Shown here one piece after another: positions 8,829 to 17,882 of a DNA stretch of 64,000 nucleotides. Positions within the stretch are counted from its first letter, which is position 1. Each line of letters starts with the position of its first letter. The stretch is taken from contig CAWATW010000006.1 of NCBI GenBank assembly GCA_963785075.1, positions 356,412 through 420,411 on the forward strand, read 5' to 3'. Source of the DNA: an uncultured bacterium. GTDB lineage: Bacteria > Actinomycetota > Acidimicrobiia > Spongiisociales > ZC4RG35. A model generated the notes under the pieces. It searched no databases, was not told the origin of the DNA, and saw nothing but the letters and a program-made list of their open reading frames with translations. The translations under genes and the position numbers were made by a program.

Positions 8829-8898
8829 GTCATGCGTCATGCGTCGTTCGTCTTGCGTCTTGCGTCATACGTCATACGTCATGCGTCATGCGTCTCCA
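8829..8898. repeat. tandem heptamer array (GTCWTRC)x9-10
   Basis: Read directly: GTCATGC GTCATGC GTCGTTC GTCTTGC GTCTTGC GTCATAC GTCATAC GTCATGC GTCATGC GTCTCCA. Confidence 0.95.
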
Positions 8899-8931
8899 GC
8901 ACGCGACCCGCGGCTGCACGGTGCGTCGCTG

Positions 8932-9001
8932 CCTGACGCCGCCCGACCCCAACCTGGCTCCAGTCATGACGGCAGCGGGGGTTTGGGGTCGCTCCCCAGA
9001 C
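8932..9001. repeat. ~70-nt intergenic repeat unit, copy 2
   Basis: cctgacgccgccc..cagtcatgacggcagcggggGTTTGGGGtcgctCCCCAGAC. The hairpin is kept through a G-U-compatible change relative to copy 1. Confidence 0.85.
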
Positions 9002-9126
9002 GTAGTACGTCCAACGTTCTCGTACCTCTCGGGAGGGATGCACCATGCTGGGTGGCAGGGCCGAACGGCCCTGGTGCAACCCATGCGCTGCGCTGAATAT
9101 GGCATCGAGCAGCGAGGAGGCGTGCA

Positions 9127-9549
9127 GTGGTGGTGGTGGTCGGAGTCGATGAGTCCGATCACGCCGTCTATGTGGTCGAACGAGCGATGGAAGAGGCCCG
9201 GATGAGAGATGCCGAGCTGCACGTGGTCCACGTCTTCCATCCCCCAGTTCTGCCCTACATGGGTGCCCCGATCGACATGGCTGCCGTCGCCGCGGCCCAA
9301 CGCCAAGCGGTATGGGAGCGGGTCGAGCCATTGGTCGCCAAGGCGGCCACTCCGGTCGAGCGGGTGGACCTAGAGGGGTACCCGCCGGATTCTCTGGTGG
9401 ACTACTCGCAGAATGTCGGAGCCGAGCTCTTGATCGTCGGATCGAGGGGTCGTGGCGAGTTCGCTGCACTCATCCTGGGATCGACAAGCCATCGCGCCAT
9501 CCATCTAGCTCATTGCGATGTGTTGGTGGTGAAGCCGTCGCACGCTTGA
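9127..9549 (+). CDS. universal stress protein (UspA family)
   Basis: ORF track, 140 aa. GTG start with GAGGAGG upstream. VVVGVDESDH..LLIVGSRGRGEFAALILGSTSHRAIHLAHCDVLVV is a typical USP. Confidence 0.85.
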   Translation: MVVVVGVDESDHAVYVVERAMEEARMRDAELHVVHVFHPPVLPYMGAPIDMAAVAAAQRQAVWERVEPLVAKAATPVERVDLEGYPPDSLVDYSQNVGAELLIVGSRGRGEFAALILGSTSHRAIHLAHCDVLVVKPSHA

Positions 9550-9576
9550 CCGTCTCCGCACCACCGACGCGACGCC

Positions 9577-9603
9577 GAGGGCGGCCTCCAAGAGGCCGCC
9601 CTC
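9577..9603 (+). terminator. perfect 12-bp stem hairpin downstream of usp
   Basis: GAGGGCGGCCTC-caa-GAGGCCGCCCTC, followed by cggcatttcc (weak T tract), 28 nt after the usp stop. Confidence 0.55.
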
Positions 9604-9763
9604 CGGCATTTCCGAACCGCGAACCGGCTGCGGCGGCCGATTACGGTGGGTCGGACAGCGGATCCGAAGCCATGGACGGGGGCTCGGGGCCGAGACGAGC
9701 GGCCTCGATGCAACCCACCGCCGGTCTGATCAGAATGGGCCCATCGATCCGGAAGGAGACGAC

Positions 9764-10189
9764 ATGAGCGACACGGGGGCGGCACCCACAGATCACGCAG
9801 GGCTCGAAGTCATGACCCGCGACCAGTGCGACGAGATGCTGGCGGCCACATCGGTTGGCCGGATCGGGTTCCTCGCCGATGGCGACGTCACCATTCTCCC
9901 GGTCAACTATCGATTCCACGGTGGGGCCATCGTCTTTCGGACCAGCACCGGTTCGAAGCTCGAGGCGGCGGGTCGCCGCGCGGCAGTGGCCTTCGAGATC
10001 GACGGTTGGGATGACGAGACCCAGACCGGCTGGTCCGTTCTCGTGAAGGGAACGGCCGTCGAGGTCCTTTCCGACGAGGACGCAAACACCCTCTTCGACC
10101 TCGAGCTCAGGCCTTGGGCCGAGGCCGTGGAGCGACGACAGTGGGTCCGAATACGACCTGACGAGATCACCGGTCGAAAGATCAGTTGA
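9764..10189 (+). CDS. pyridoxamine 5'-phosphate oxidase-like (PPOX/Pyridox_ox_2) family protein
   Basis: ORF track, 141 aa. VGRIGFLADGDVTILPVNYRFHGGAIVFRTSTGSKL..GWSVLVKGTAVEV is a split-barrel flavin/deazaflavin-binding family pattern. Confidence 0.7.
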   Translation: MSDTGAAPTDHAGLEVMTRDQCDEMLAATSVGRIGFLADGDVTILPVNYRFHGGAIVFRTSTGSKLEAAGRRAAVAFEIDGWDDETQTGWSVLVKGTAVEVLSDEDANTLFDLELRPWAEAVERRQWVRIRPDEITGRKIS

Positions 10190-10275
10190 TCTTTCGATGG
10201 CGATGAACTCTGGCGGGATCGTGCAGCCACCACAATACGATCCGGAGCTCTGACCGCAATGAAGGACGCAAGATC

Positions 10276-12903
10276 GTGAGTATTTCCTGGGTACGTGACT
10301 TCTCGGAGGGCGACGGAACTCAACAGGACCGCCTCGGAGGAAAGGGTGCCGGACTCGCCGAAATGACACGAATGGGCTTGGCCGTGCCACCGGGCTTCAC
10401 CGTGACCACCGACGCCTGTCGACATGTCATGCACCACGGTGGGATGCCCGACGACCTGTGGGATCAGGTCGATCAGGCGATGACCCGGTTGGAACAGCGG
10501 ATGGAGCGCACGTTCGGCAGCGGCCCGAACCCGCTGCTCGTATCCGTCCGGTCGGGTGCCTCGGTCTCCATGCCAGGAATGATGGACACCGTCCTCAATC
10601 TCGGGATCAACAATGAGGTCCTGCCGGCGCTGATCGACTGGTCGGGCGATTCCCACTTCGCCCACGACGCCTACCGACGATTCCTCCAGATGTACTCGGA
10701 CGTCGTGCTCGGGATCGACGAGCACCCGTTCCAGGACACGCTGTCCGACCTCCGCCGTCGACGCGGCGTCGTCGATGACTCGAAGCTGACGGCCGACGAC
10801 CTGGCCGAGGCGGTCGACCGCTTTCGGAAGCTCATCGTGGAAGCGGGGCACATGGTGCCGGAGGATCCCCGGGAACAACTCCATTCCGCCATCGGCGCGG
10901 TGTTCAATTCATGGAACAACCCACGCGCAATCGCCTATCGCAGGATCAACCGCATCCCGGATGACCTCGGCACCGCCGCCAACGTTCAGACGATGGTGTT
11001 CGGCGACCTGGGCGACAACTCCGGGACCGGCGTCTGCTTCACCCGTGACCCTGCAACCGGGGAGAAGATCCCGTTCGGCGACTACCTGCCGCGGGCCCAG
11101 GGCGAAGACGTGGTCGCCGGTATCCGCAACACCCTCTCCCTCGAGGATCTCGCAGAGCTCCACCCGGAGGTCCACGCCGAGTTGCTCTCTGTGATGGACG
11201 ACCTCGAACGGCATACGACCGACATGGCCGACATCGAGTTCACCGTCGAACGGGGCCGGCTGTGGATCCTCCAGACGCGATCCGGCAAGAGGACAGCCGC
11301 CGCTGCGGTGCGGGCCGCCGTCGAAATGGAGCGGGAAGGCCTGATCGAACGAGAGACCGCAGTGATGCGTGTCGATCCGGCTCAGCTGGAACAGCTCGAG
11401 CGGCCGAGGATCGACGATGCCGCTCGGGGCGCCGTCGTCGCCACCGGGGTAGCCGCCTCCCCAGGCGCCGCCCAGGGCGAAGCGGTCTTCGATGCCGATC
11501 GTGCCGTCGAGGCGAGGGCGGCCGGGCGTCGGGTCGTTCTGGTGCGGCAGGAGACCACGCCCGACGACATCCACGGGATGGACGCCGCCGACGGGATCCT
11601 CACGAGTCAAGGCGGCAAGACGAGCCACGCCGCGGTCGTAGCCCGAGGAATGGGCAAGCCGGCCGTCACTGGAGTCGCCGACCTCGCGGTCGACACCAAA
11701 CGCGGCATCGCCCGCACCAGCACCGCGGAGTTCGCCGAAGGTGACGAGATCACAATCGATGGCACCACCGGCGAGGTCTACCTGGGTCTCCTTCCCCTCA
11801 TCGAGCCCAAAGAGACTGCAGAGCTGCACGATCTTCTCACATGGGCCAACGAGATTCGGACGCTGGGTGTGCGCGCCAACGCCGACACACCGGAGGATGC
11901 CGTCAAGGCACGTGCGTACGGCGCCGAAGGCATCGGACTGGCCCGGACCGAGCACATGTTCATGGGGGACCGTCTCGCTATCGTCCAGACCATCATCCTC
12001 GCCGACAACGACGAGGAGAGCAGAGAGGCCCTGACCGAGCTGAAGTCCCTCCAGACCGCCGACTTCGCCGGCATCCTCGAGGCCATGGACGGCCTGCCCG
12101 TCGTCGTGCGACTGCTCGACCCCCCGCTCCACGAATTCCTGCCCTCGCTCCTCGACCTGGAACACCAGATGGTCGACCGGGTTCGAGCCCGCGTATCGGC
12201 GGACGATCTCGTGAAGACCGCCGCCAAGGTCGCAAGATGGCAAGAGGACAACCCCATGCTCGGACTCCGCGGTGTGCGACTCGGCCTCATGATGGAGCAT
12301 CTCTACCTGATGCAGGCGGAGGCGGCGGTGGACGCGGTCACGATCCGCAAGGAGGCCGGCGGCGACCCCCATCTCGAGATCATGATCCCCCTCGTTTCCA
12401 CAGTGCAGGAACTGAGGAGGATGCGCGACATGATCGAAGGCGTCATCCGAGACAAGGTGGCGGCCACGGGGATCGGGCTGGAGATCCCGATCGGGACGAT
12501 GATCGAACTTCCACGGGCGGCGCTGACCGCCGGGGAGATTGCAGGGGCCGCGGAGTTCTTCTCGTTCGGGACGAACGATCTGACCCAGATGACCTTTGGC
12601 TTGAGCCGGGACGACGCCGAGGCACTCTTCCTCCGTGACTACCTCGAACAGAGGATCCTCACGTTCGATCCGTTCCAAACCCTCGACGTCGAAGGAGTCG
12701 GACGACTCATGCGACTCGCCAATGCGGAAGGTCGGGCAGCGAACCCCGATTTGACCGTCGGGGTGTGCGGCGAGCACGGAGGCGATCCCGATTCGATCGC
12801 GTTCTGCCGCGAGATCGGGCTCGACTACGTGTCGTGTTCTCCGCCCCGGGTTCATGTGGCTCGACTGGCAGCCGCCCAGGCCGAGATCGCCCAGCGCAGC
12901 TGA
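10276..12903 (+). CDS. ppdK: pyruvate, phosphate dikinase
   Basis: ORF track, 875 aa (GTG start). ATP-grasp N-terminus (GGKGAGLAEMTRMGLAVPPGFTVT), phospho-His swivel (GILTSQGGKTSHAAVVARGMGKP) and PEP-utilising C-terminus (FSFGTNDLTQMTFG). Confidence 0.92.
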   Translation: MSISWVRDFSEGDGTQQDRLGGKGAGLAEMTRMGLAVPPGFTVTTDACRHVMHHGGMPDDLWDQVDQAMTRLEQRMERTFGSGPNPLLVSVRSGASVSMPGMMDTVLNLGINNEVLPALIDWSGDSHFAHDAYRRFLQMYSDVVLGIDEHPFQDTLSDLRRRRGVVDDSKLTADDLAEAVDRFRKLIVEAGHMVPEDPREQLHSAIGAVFNSWNNPRAIAYRRINRIPDDLGTAANVQTMVFGDLGDNSGTGVCFTRDPATGEKIPFGDYLPRAQGEDVVAGIRNTLSLEDLAELHPEVHAELLSVMDDLERHTTDMADIEFTVERGRLWILQTRSGKRTAAAAVRAAVEMEREGLIERETAVMRVDPAQLEQLERPRIDDAARGAVVATGVAASPGAAQGEAVFDADRAVEARAAGRRVVLVRQETTPDDIHGMDAADGILTSQGGKTSHAAVVARGMGKPAVTGVADLAVDTKRGIARTSTAEFAEGDEITIDGTTGEVYLGLLPLIEPKETAELHDLLTWANEIRTLGVRANADTPEDAVKARAYGAEGIGLARTEHMFMGDRLAIVQTIILADNDEESREALTELKSLQTADFAGILEAMDGLPVVVRLLDPPLHEFLPSLLDLEHQMVDRVRARVSADDLVKTAAKVARWQEDNPMLGLRGVRLGLMMEHLYLMQAEAAVDAVTIRKEAGGDPHLEIMIPLVSTVQELRRMRDMIEGVIRDKVAATGIGLEIPIGTMIELPRAALTAGEIAGAAEFFSFGTNDLTQMTFGLSRDDAEALFLRDYLEQRILTFDPFQTLDVEGVGRLMRLANAEGRAANPDLTVGVCGEHGGDPDSIAFCREIGLDYVSCSPPRVHVARLAAAQAEIAQRS

Positions 12904-12939
12904 AGCCGGGTCGCGGCCGGCGGCCTACTCTTTGCCGCC

Positions 12940-13872
12940 GTGGCACTGTCGTCCGATCCCGAGACCCTGTGGTCGTCCGCCGGCAGCGGAGATGTACGGG
13001 CGATCGCCCGTGTCTTGTCGATCGTCGAGGATGGCCGTCCGGGCGATCGACTGATACTCGCCAAGGCCCACCGTCGATGGTCGACCGCCAACACGGTGGG
13101 AATCACTGGCGCCCCAGGAACCGGAAAGAGCACGCTCACGAACGCTCTCATCACGCGCTTTCGCGCCACCCACGAAAAGGTGGGCGTCGTTGCGGTCGAT
13201 CCGTCGAGCCCTTTCACCGGTGGCGCCATCCTCGGCGACCGGATTCGGATGCAGGACCACGTCTCGGACATCGGCGTGTTCGTGCGGTCGATGTCGAGCC
13301 GTGGCCGTCTGGGCGGCTTGGCGAACGGCACCGCCAAGATCGTGACCGTGCTCTCTGCGCTCGGATACGATCCGATCGCCGTCGAGACCGTCGGCGTCGG
13401 GCAGAGCGAGGTCGAGGTCATGGAGCTCACCGACACGGTGATCGTTGTCGTCACACCCGGGATGGGCGACGGGATTCAGGCGGCGAAGGCAGGGCTCCTC
13501 GAAGTGGGTGACATCTTCGTGGTCAACAAGGCCGATCTCCCCGGCGCCGGCGAGGTCGTTCGTGATCTCACCCAGATGCTCGAGATGGGGACCACCGATG
13601 GTTGGAGGCCGCCGATCATCTCGACTGCGGCCCACATCGGAGAGGGCGTGGACGACGTCGCAGAGGCGATTTCGTCCCACCAGCGCTACCTCGACGAGTC
13701 CGGGCTCCTCCAGCAGCGACGGCGATCGCGGGTCGAGAGGACGTTGAAGCGTGCCGTGCTCGGGGCTCTCTCCGATCAGATCGACACGAATGGAATGGCG
13801 CCCGAGGTGATCGATAGTGTGATGCGTGGGGAACTGGACCCGTGGACGGCGGCAGAGGAAGTGGCCACCTGA
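12940..13872 (+). CDS. meaB: methylmalonyl-CoA mutase-associated G-protein (MeaB/ArgK)
   Basis: ORF track, 310 aa. P-loop GITGAPGTGKSTL, then VDPSSPFTGGAILGDRIRM and VVNKADL. Confidence 0.85.
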   Translation: MALSSDPETLWSSAGSGDVRAIARVLSIVEDGRPGDRLILAKAHRRWSTANTVGITGAPGTGKSTLTNALITRFRATHEKVGVVAVDPSSPFTGGAILGDRIRMQDHVSDIGVFVRSMSSRGRLGGLANGTAKIVTVLSALGYDPIAVETVGVGQSEVEVMELTDTVIVVVTPGMGDGIQAAKAGLLEVGDIFVVNKADLPGAGEVVRDLTQMLEMGTTDGWRPPIISTAAHIGEGVDDVAEAISSHQRYLDESGLLQQRRRSRVERTLKRAVLGALSDQIDTNGMAPEVIDSVMRGELDPWTAAEEVAT

Positions 13873-13879
13873 CCTTTTG

Positions 13880-14176
13880 TCAGGCGATGGCGTTGACTTC
13901 TTCCACGCCGGGAACCCGATCCTTGAGGATACGTTCGATGCCCGCCTTGAGCGTCATCATCGACATGGGACAACCACCGCATGCGCCGACCATCTGGAGG
14001 TTGACTGTCCCGCCTTCTGTGCCCAGGAGCACGATGTCGCCGCCGTCCATCTGGATGGCGGGCCGGATGTATTCCAGGGTCTGTTCGAGCACGTCGACAT
14101 CGATATCGACGTCGACTCCCGACTCGGCGTCGGGCTTCGAAGTGGTGATTGCGACGGGTGTGGTGCTGTCTGTCAT
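13880..14176 (-). CDS. NifU C-terminal-domain (Nfu-type) Fe-S cluster protein
   Basis: Lies inside ORF 13880..14368. Start at ATG 14176 (MTDSTT). Contains IRPAIQMDGGDIVLLG..VNLQMVGACGGCPMSMMTLK (CxxC). Confidence 0.8.
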   Translation of the reverse strand: MTDSTTPVAITTSKPDAESGVDVDIDVDVLEQTLEYIRPAIQMDGGDIVLLGTEGGTVNLQMVGACGGCPMSMMTLKAGIERILKDRVPGVEEVNAIA

Positions 14177-14231
14177 GTGCTTCTTCGGGAGGGTACCGGT
14201 GTCTCCAAGAAAAACCGCAAACGGGCGTTGC

Positions 14232-15812
14232 CTATTCCGCTCCAGGCACGTAGGCGATGCTCGCCATGGCTTCGCCGTCAGGAGACCGGGCTTGCACGAC
14301 GAGAACTCCCCCGAACGAGGAGCGAAGGGGCCGGACCGCCGACCATGGCCAGCGGACCGGCCCGGCATCGTGAACCTCCCAATCGGACCGGACCAGCGTC
14401 CGGGAGCCAGAGCGTTCCACGACCCGCACCTCGGCGGCGGCCGTGATCCAGGCTTCGAGAACGATGGGAATTCGACCGACCCCCACGATTCGGATGGCGT
14501 CCACGGCCGGTGGGATGCCCAGGCCGATGGGTGGGACGATCCTCACCCCGTCGCCTGCGTGCTCGAAACGCCACGTTCCGAGCGCACCGGCGGAGACGAC
14601 GGTGCCGTCCACCTCCACCGTGATCGGGCCGTCTGCGCCCACCTCGATCACAGAGGCACCAGCCTCGAGACCGACCACGACGTCTTCGGGCAGCTCGTCG
14701 GAGGTCTGAGGAACAAGCCCCCCATAGAAGTGGGCGAGGATCTCGGGATAGGTGGCGCCATCTGCGGCCATGGCCTCGGCACCAAACTGGCTCATGCCGA
14801 CCAGATGACCCCAGCCATGGCCCCGGAACACAAAAACGGTCTCGATCATCGGCGGTCCGTCGATGGGCGGAAGGAACCGGCCTTCACGATGGATGGTGAA
14901 GGTCGGTGACAGGATCGTCTGCGGGTACCGACGATCCACATCCGGGCGCATCGCGGGAAGCACATCCGGCAACACCCGTGCTGCAGCGGCGTTGAGCTCG
15001 GTGCGGAGCTGCCAGGTCCCGATCCGTTCGACGCCTTCACTCCCTTCGATCTCGACGATCCAGCTTCCCTCGCCGTCACCGGTCTTGGTCGTCGTGACAT
15101 CGATGAGATCCCCCTCGACCAGGCCTGCGTCCTCGAAGAGCAACTCCATCTCGTTGCGATGGAGGGTGAACTCCCAATCGACGAACGGAGAATCCTCCGC
15201 CGGGGAGTCGACCGCACGCAGGTAGGGGGTGGGCGACGCTCCCGGGAAGACATCCTCGACCGAGCGTGTACGACCGCCAGACGTACTGGAGTACAGCGCT
15301 TGGGCGGGTTCGCCGGCGTACATGAGAATCTCACCACTGGTCGACTCGACGGCACCACGCCAGCGGTCACCGCCCCATCCCTCGACCACTCCGACCCCGG
15401 CGTAGACCTGACAGGCCGTCGTGGCGCAGATGTCGTATCCGTACCTGCGGCCGCTCGCGTCCCGGCCCCGGTACAGCGTCCACGCAAGGTACGTCCGGGC
15501 GGCGACCGCCTGCGATCGAAGCGCCTCGACCGGCCAGTCGAACGGCACCTCGGCAATACCCTCGAGATAGCCGTCGAGCGTGGTTCGCTCGGTGAGACCG
15601 AGACCGGTCGAGATGCCAAGGATCTCGAGTGGTCCTGCGAGCCGGATACCGTCGACATCGAATCTGACGCCGGGAGAGGCCATCATTCGCACGGTGTGCC
15701 CAGCGATCGACGCCGGTTCGTCGGGCTGGGAGACCACGTCCCCGCTCACCGGCAGCGGTACCACCAGCGTGGCCGCCAACAGAAGGGCAGCGGACGACGT
15801 CGAGGCTCTCAT
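14232..15812 (-). CDS. SpoIID/LytB-domain protein (secreted, peptidoglycan remodelling)
   Basis: ORF track, 526 aa. Signal-like N-terminus, then AQAVAARTYLAW, ICATTACQVYAG and ALYSSTSGGRT. The start overlaps the murA stop by 1 nt (TGATG). Confidence 0.85.
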   Translation of the reverse strand: MRASTSSAALLLAATLVVPLPVSGDVVSQPDEPASIAGHTVRMMASPGVRFDVDGIRLAGPLEILGISTGLGLTERTTLDGYLEGIAEVPFDWPVEALRSQAVAARTYLAWTLYRGRDASGRRYGYDICATTACQVYAGVGVVEGWGGDRWRGAVESTSGEILMYAGEPAQALYSSTSGGRTRSVEDVFPGASPTPYLRAVDSPAEDSPFVDWEFTLHRNEMELLFEDAGLVEGDLIDVTTTKTGDGEGSWIVEIEGSEGVERIGTWQLRTELNAAAARVLPDVLPAMRPDVDRRYPQTILSPTFTIHREGRFLPPIDGPPMIETVFVFRGHGWGHLVGMSQFGAEAMAADGATYPEILAHFYGGLVPQTSDELPEDVVVGLEAGASVIEVGADGPITVEVDGTVVSAGALGTWRFEHAGDGVRIVPPIGLGIPPAVDAIRIVGVGRIPIVLEAWITAAAEVRVVERSGSRTLVRSDWEVHDAGPVRWPWSAVRPLRSSFGGVLVVQARSPDGEAMASIAYVPGAE

Positions 15813-17068
15813 CAGTCTTCGAGCCGCGAGACGGCGCCGCCGAGCGCGGCCAGGTTCTCGGTGAAGCCCTCATAACCCCGGTCGATGTGGTGGGCGTCGC
15901 CGACGACAGTCGTACCCTCGGCCCGGAGTCCCGCCAGGACCAGCGCCGCCCCAGCCCTGATGTCGTGTGCCAACACCGGTGCGCCACTGAGCCGGTCGAC
16001 CCCGCGGATGACCGCGTGCTGCCACTCGGTCGTGATGTCGGCGCCCATCCGCAGCAGCTCACCGACATATCGGAATCGGGCGTCGTAGAGGTTCTCGGTG
16101 ATGACAGAGGTCCCCTTCGCCACGGCGAGCAGGGCGACCATCTGCGGATGCATGTCCGTGTGAAAGCCAGGGAAGGGCAGGGTGGCAAAGTCGACGGCAT
16201 TCGGTCGCTCCGGTCCTTTGATCCGCAACCATCCATCGCCGCGCTCGACTTCACATCCGGCTTCCTCCAGCTTGAGCAGCTCCATACGCAGATGCGCCGG
16301 ATGACATGATGTGACGGTGACGTCGCCTCCGGTGATCGCTCCCGCCACCGCGTAGGTCCCGGCCTCCAGACGATCCGCGACCACCTTGTGTGTGACCGGT
16401 TGGAGCGCGTCGACGCCGGTGATCCGAATGAGCGCCGTACCGGCGCCTTCGATCTGAGCTCCCATCTCCACGAGCATCGCCGCCAGGTCCTCGATCTCTG
16501 GCTCGCGAGCCGCGTTCACGATGACCGTGTCGCCCTGGGCAAGGGTGCCGGCAAGCAGCATGTTCTCGGTGGCGCCCACGCTGGGAAAGGGCAGCTCGAC
16601 CTCCGCGCCTCTCAGACGACCGTCACATCTCGCCACCAACTCGCCATGTACGAGCTCGAAGGTGGCGCCCATCTGCTCGAGTCCACCGAGGTGCATGTCG
16701 ATCGGTCGGGCACCCAGGTCGTCACCGCCAGGAAGCGCCACCCTGGCCTCACCACATCGAGCGAGCAGCGGACCCAGGACGATGATGGAAGCCCGCATCG
16801 CGCGGACCAGTTCGATCGGCGCCTCCGGCTCCAGCCCATCGGGGATCACAACCGACAGGTCGTGTTCGTCCAGCGAGACGTGCGCCCCCATGTGTTTGAG
16901 AACTCGCCCCATCAATTCCACGTCCAGGATGCCCGGGACGTTGCGGATGATGTGCCGGCCCGGCGCCAGAAGTGTGGCCGCCATTTCCTTCAGGACGGCG
17001 TTCTTCGCCCCGAGCACCCCCACGGTGCCTCGTAATGCGCGTCCTCCTTCGACAGCGATTGCGGGCAT
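15812..17068 (-). CDS. murA: UDP-N-acetylglucosamine 1-carboxyvinyltransferase
   Basis: ORF track, 418 aa. [16 protein letters not shown], typical MurA length and an EPSP-synthase-like fold pattern throughout. Confidence 0.9.
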   Translation of the reverse strand: MPAIAVEGGRALRGTVGVLGAKNAVLKEMAATLLAPGRHIIRNVPGILDVELMGRVLKHMGAHVSLDEHDLSVVIPDGLEPEAPIELVRAMRASIIVLGPLLARCGEARVALPGGDDLGARPIDMHLGGLEQMGATFELVHGELVARCDGRLRGAEVELPFPSVGATENMLLAGTLAQGDTVIVNAAREPEIEDLAAMLVEMGAQIEGAGTALIRITGVDALQPVTHKVVADRLEAGTYAVAGAITGGDVTVTSCHPAHLRMELLKLEEAGCEVERGDGWLRIKGPERPNAVDFATLPFPGFHTDMHPQMVALLAVAKGTSVITENLYDARFRYVGELLRMGADITTEWQHAVIRGVDRLSGAPVLAHDIRAGAALVLAGLRAEGTTVVGDAHHIDRGYEGFTENLAALGGAVSRLED

Positions 17069-17150
17069 GAGGCCAGTCTACGGAGCGCAGGACGACAACC
17101 AGACTCCCCAAACGACCACCGGAGCAGGCGGCGGCATTACCCTCTGCACC

Positions 17151-17597
17151 ATGCGAATCGCTCTCGGGTCGGACCATGCCGGCTTTGCGCTCAAACAACA
17201 CCTCGCCCTGCGGCTGGCCGAGACCGGCGTGACGGTCTTCGACCTCGGCACGCACTCGGAGGATCCGGTGGACTATCCCGACTTCGCGGCTGCCGTCGGC
17301 CGCGCCGTCGTCGACGGGCGCGCAGACCGCGGCATCGTTGTCTGCGGATCGGGGGCTGGTGCATGCGTGGCGGCCAACAAGATCCGGGGGGTGCGGGCCG
17401 CCGTCGCCCACGACACCTACACGGCACATCAGGCGGTCGAACACGACGACGTCAACGTGCTGTGCCTCGGCTCGCGAGTCATCGGGCCGGCCATCGCCGA
17501 TGAGCTCGTCGATGCCTTTCTGGGTGCGACCTTCTCTCGTGAAGAGCGGCACCAGCGTCGCCTCGAGAAGGTAAAGGCTCTCGAGCTGGACATGTAG
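17151..17597 (+). CDS. rpiB: ribose-5-phosphate isomerase B
   Basis: Lies inside ORF 16521..17597. Start at ATG 17151 ([15 protein letters not shown]). Contains [22 protein letters not shown]. Divergent from murA. Confidence 0.88.
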   Translation: MRIALGSDHAGFALKQHLALRLAETGVTVFDLGTHSEDPVDYPDFAAAVGRAVVDGRADRGIVVCGSGAGACVAANKIRGVRAAVAHDTYTAHQAVEHDDVNVLCLGSRVIGPAIADELVDAFLGATFSREERHQRRLEKVKALELDM

Positions 17598-17882
17598 GGC
17601 CGGCGTTGGCCCGCGGTACTGCAACGAGCACCCCACAGCTTCTCGCCCAGACGGGCATCAATCAACGTCCGAGACGAGATGCCGCGCTCCGCGCGCGGAT
17701 GTCCAGCAGAAGTGGTCGGGTGCACGCGCACGGTCTAGCGAAGAGACCACACTCGCACTGGAGATCCTCGTAGTCTCCTCGCCCTGGGAGCCACCGACTT
17801 GGATGGCTAACGAGGCGACTCTTGGTCGCGACGGCTGCGGCGAGAAGCTTCACTTTCGCGGATGTCCGCTTGGCGAGGTTGG

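Noticed and set aside
8578-8898. Possibility that the tandem repeats are a CRISPR array
   Set aside because: The period is 7 nt with no unique spacers, no 25-40-nt repeats and no cas genes. These are microsatellite-like heptamer arrays.
8872-9469. ORFs 8872..9306, 8879..9469 and 8888..9205 across the repeat-rich spacer
   Set aside because: They translate repeats and antisense usp sequence into low-complexity Arg/Pro-rich peptides. There is no SD and no recognisable domain.
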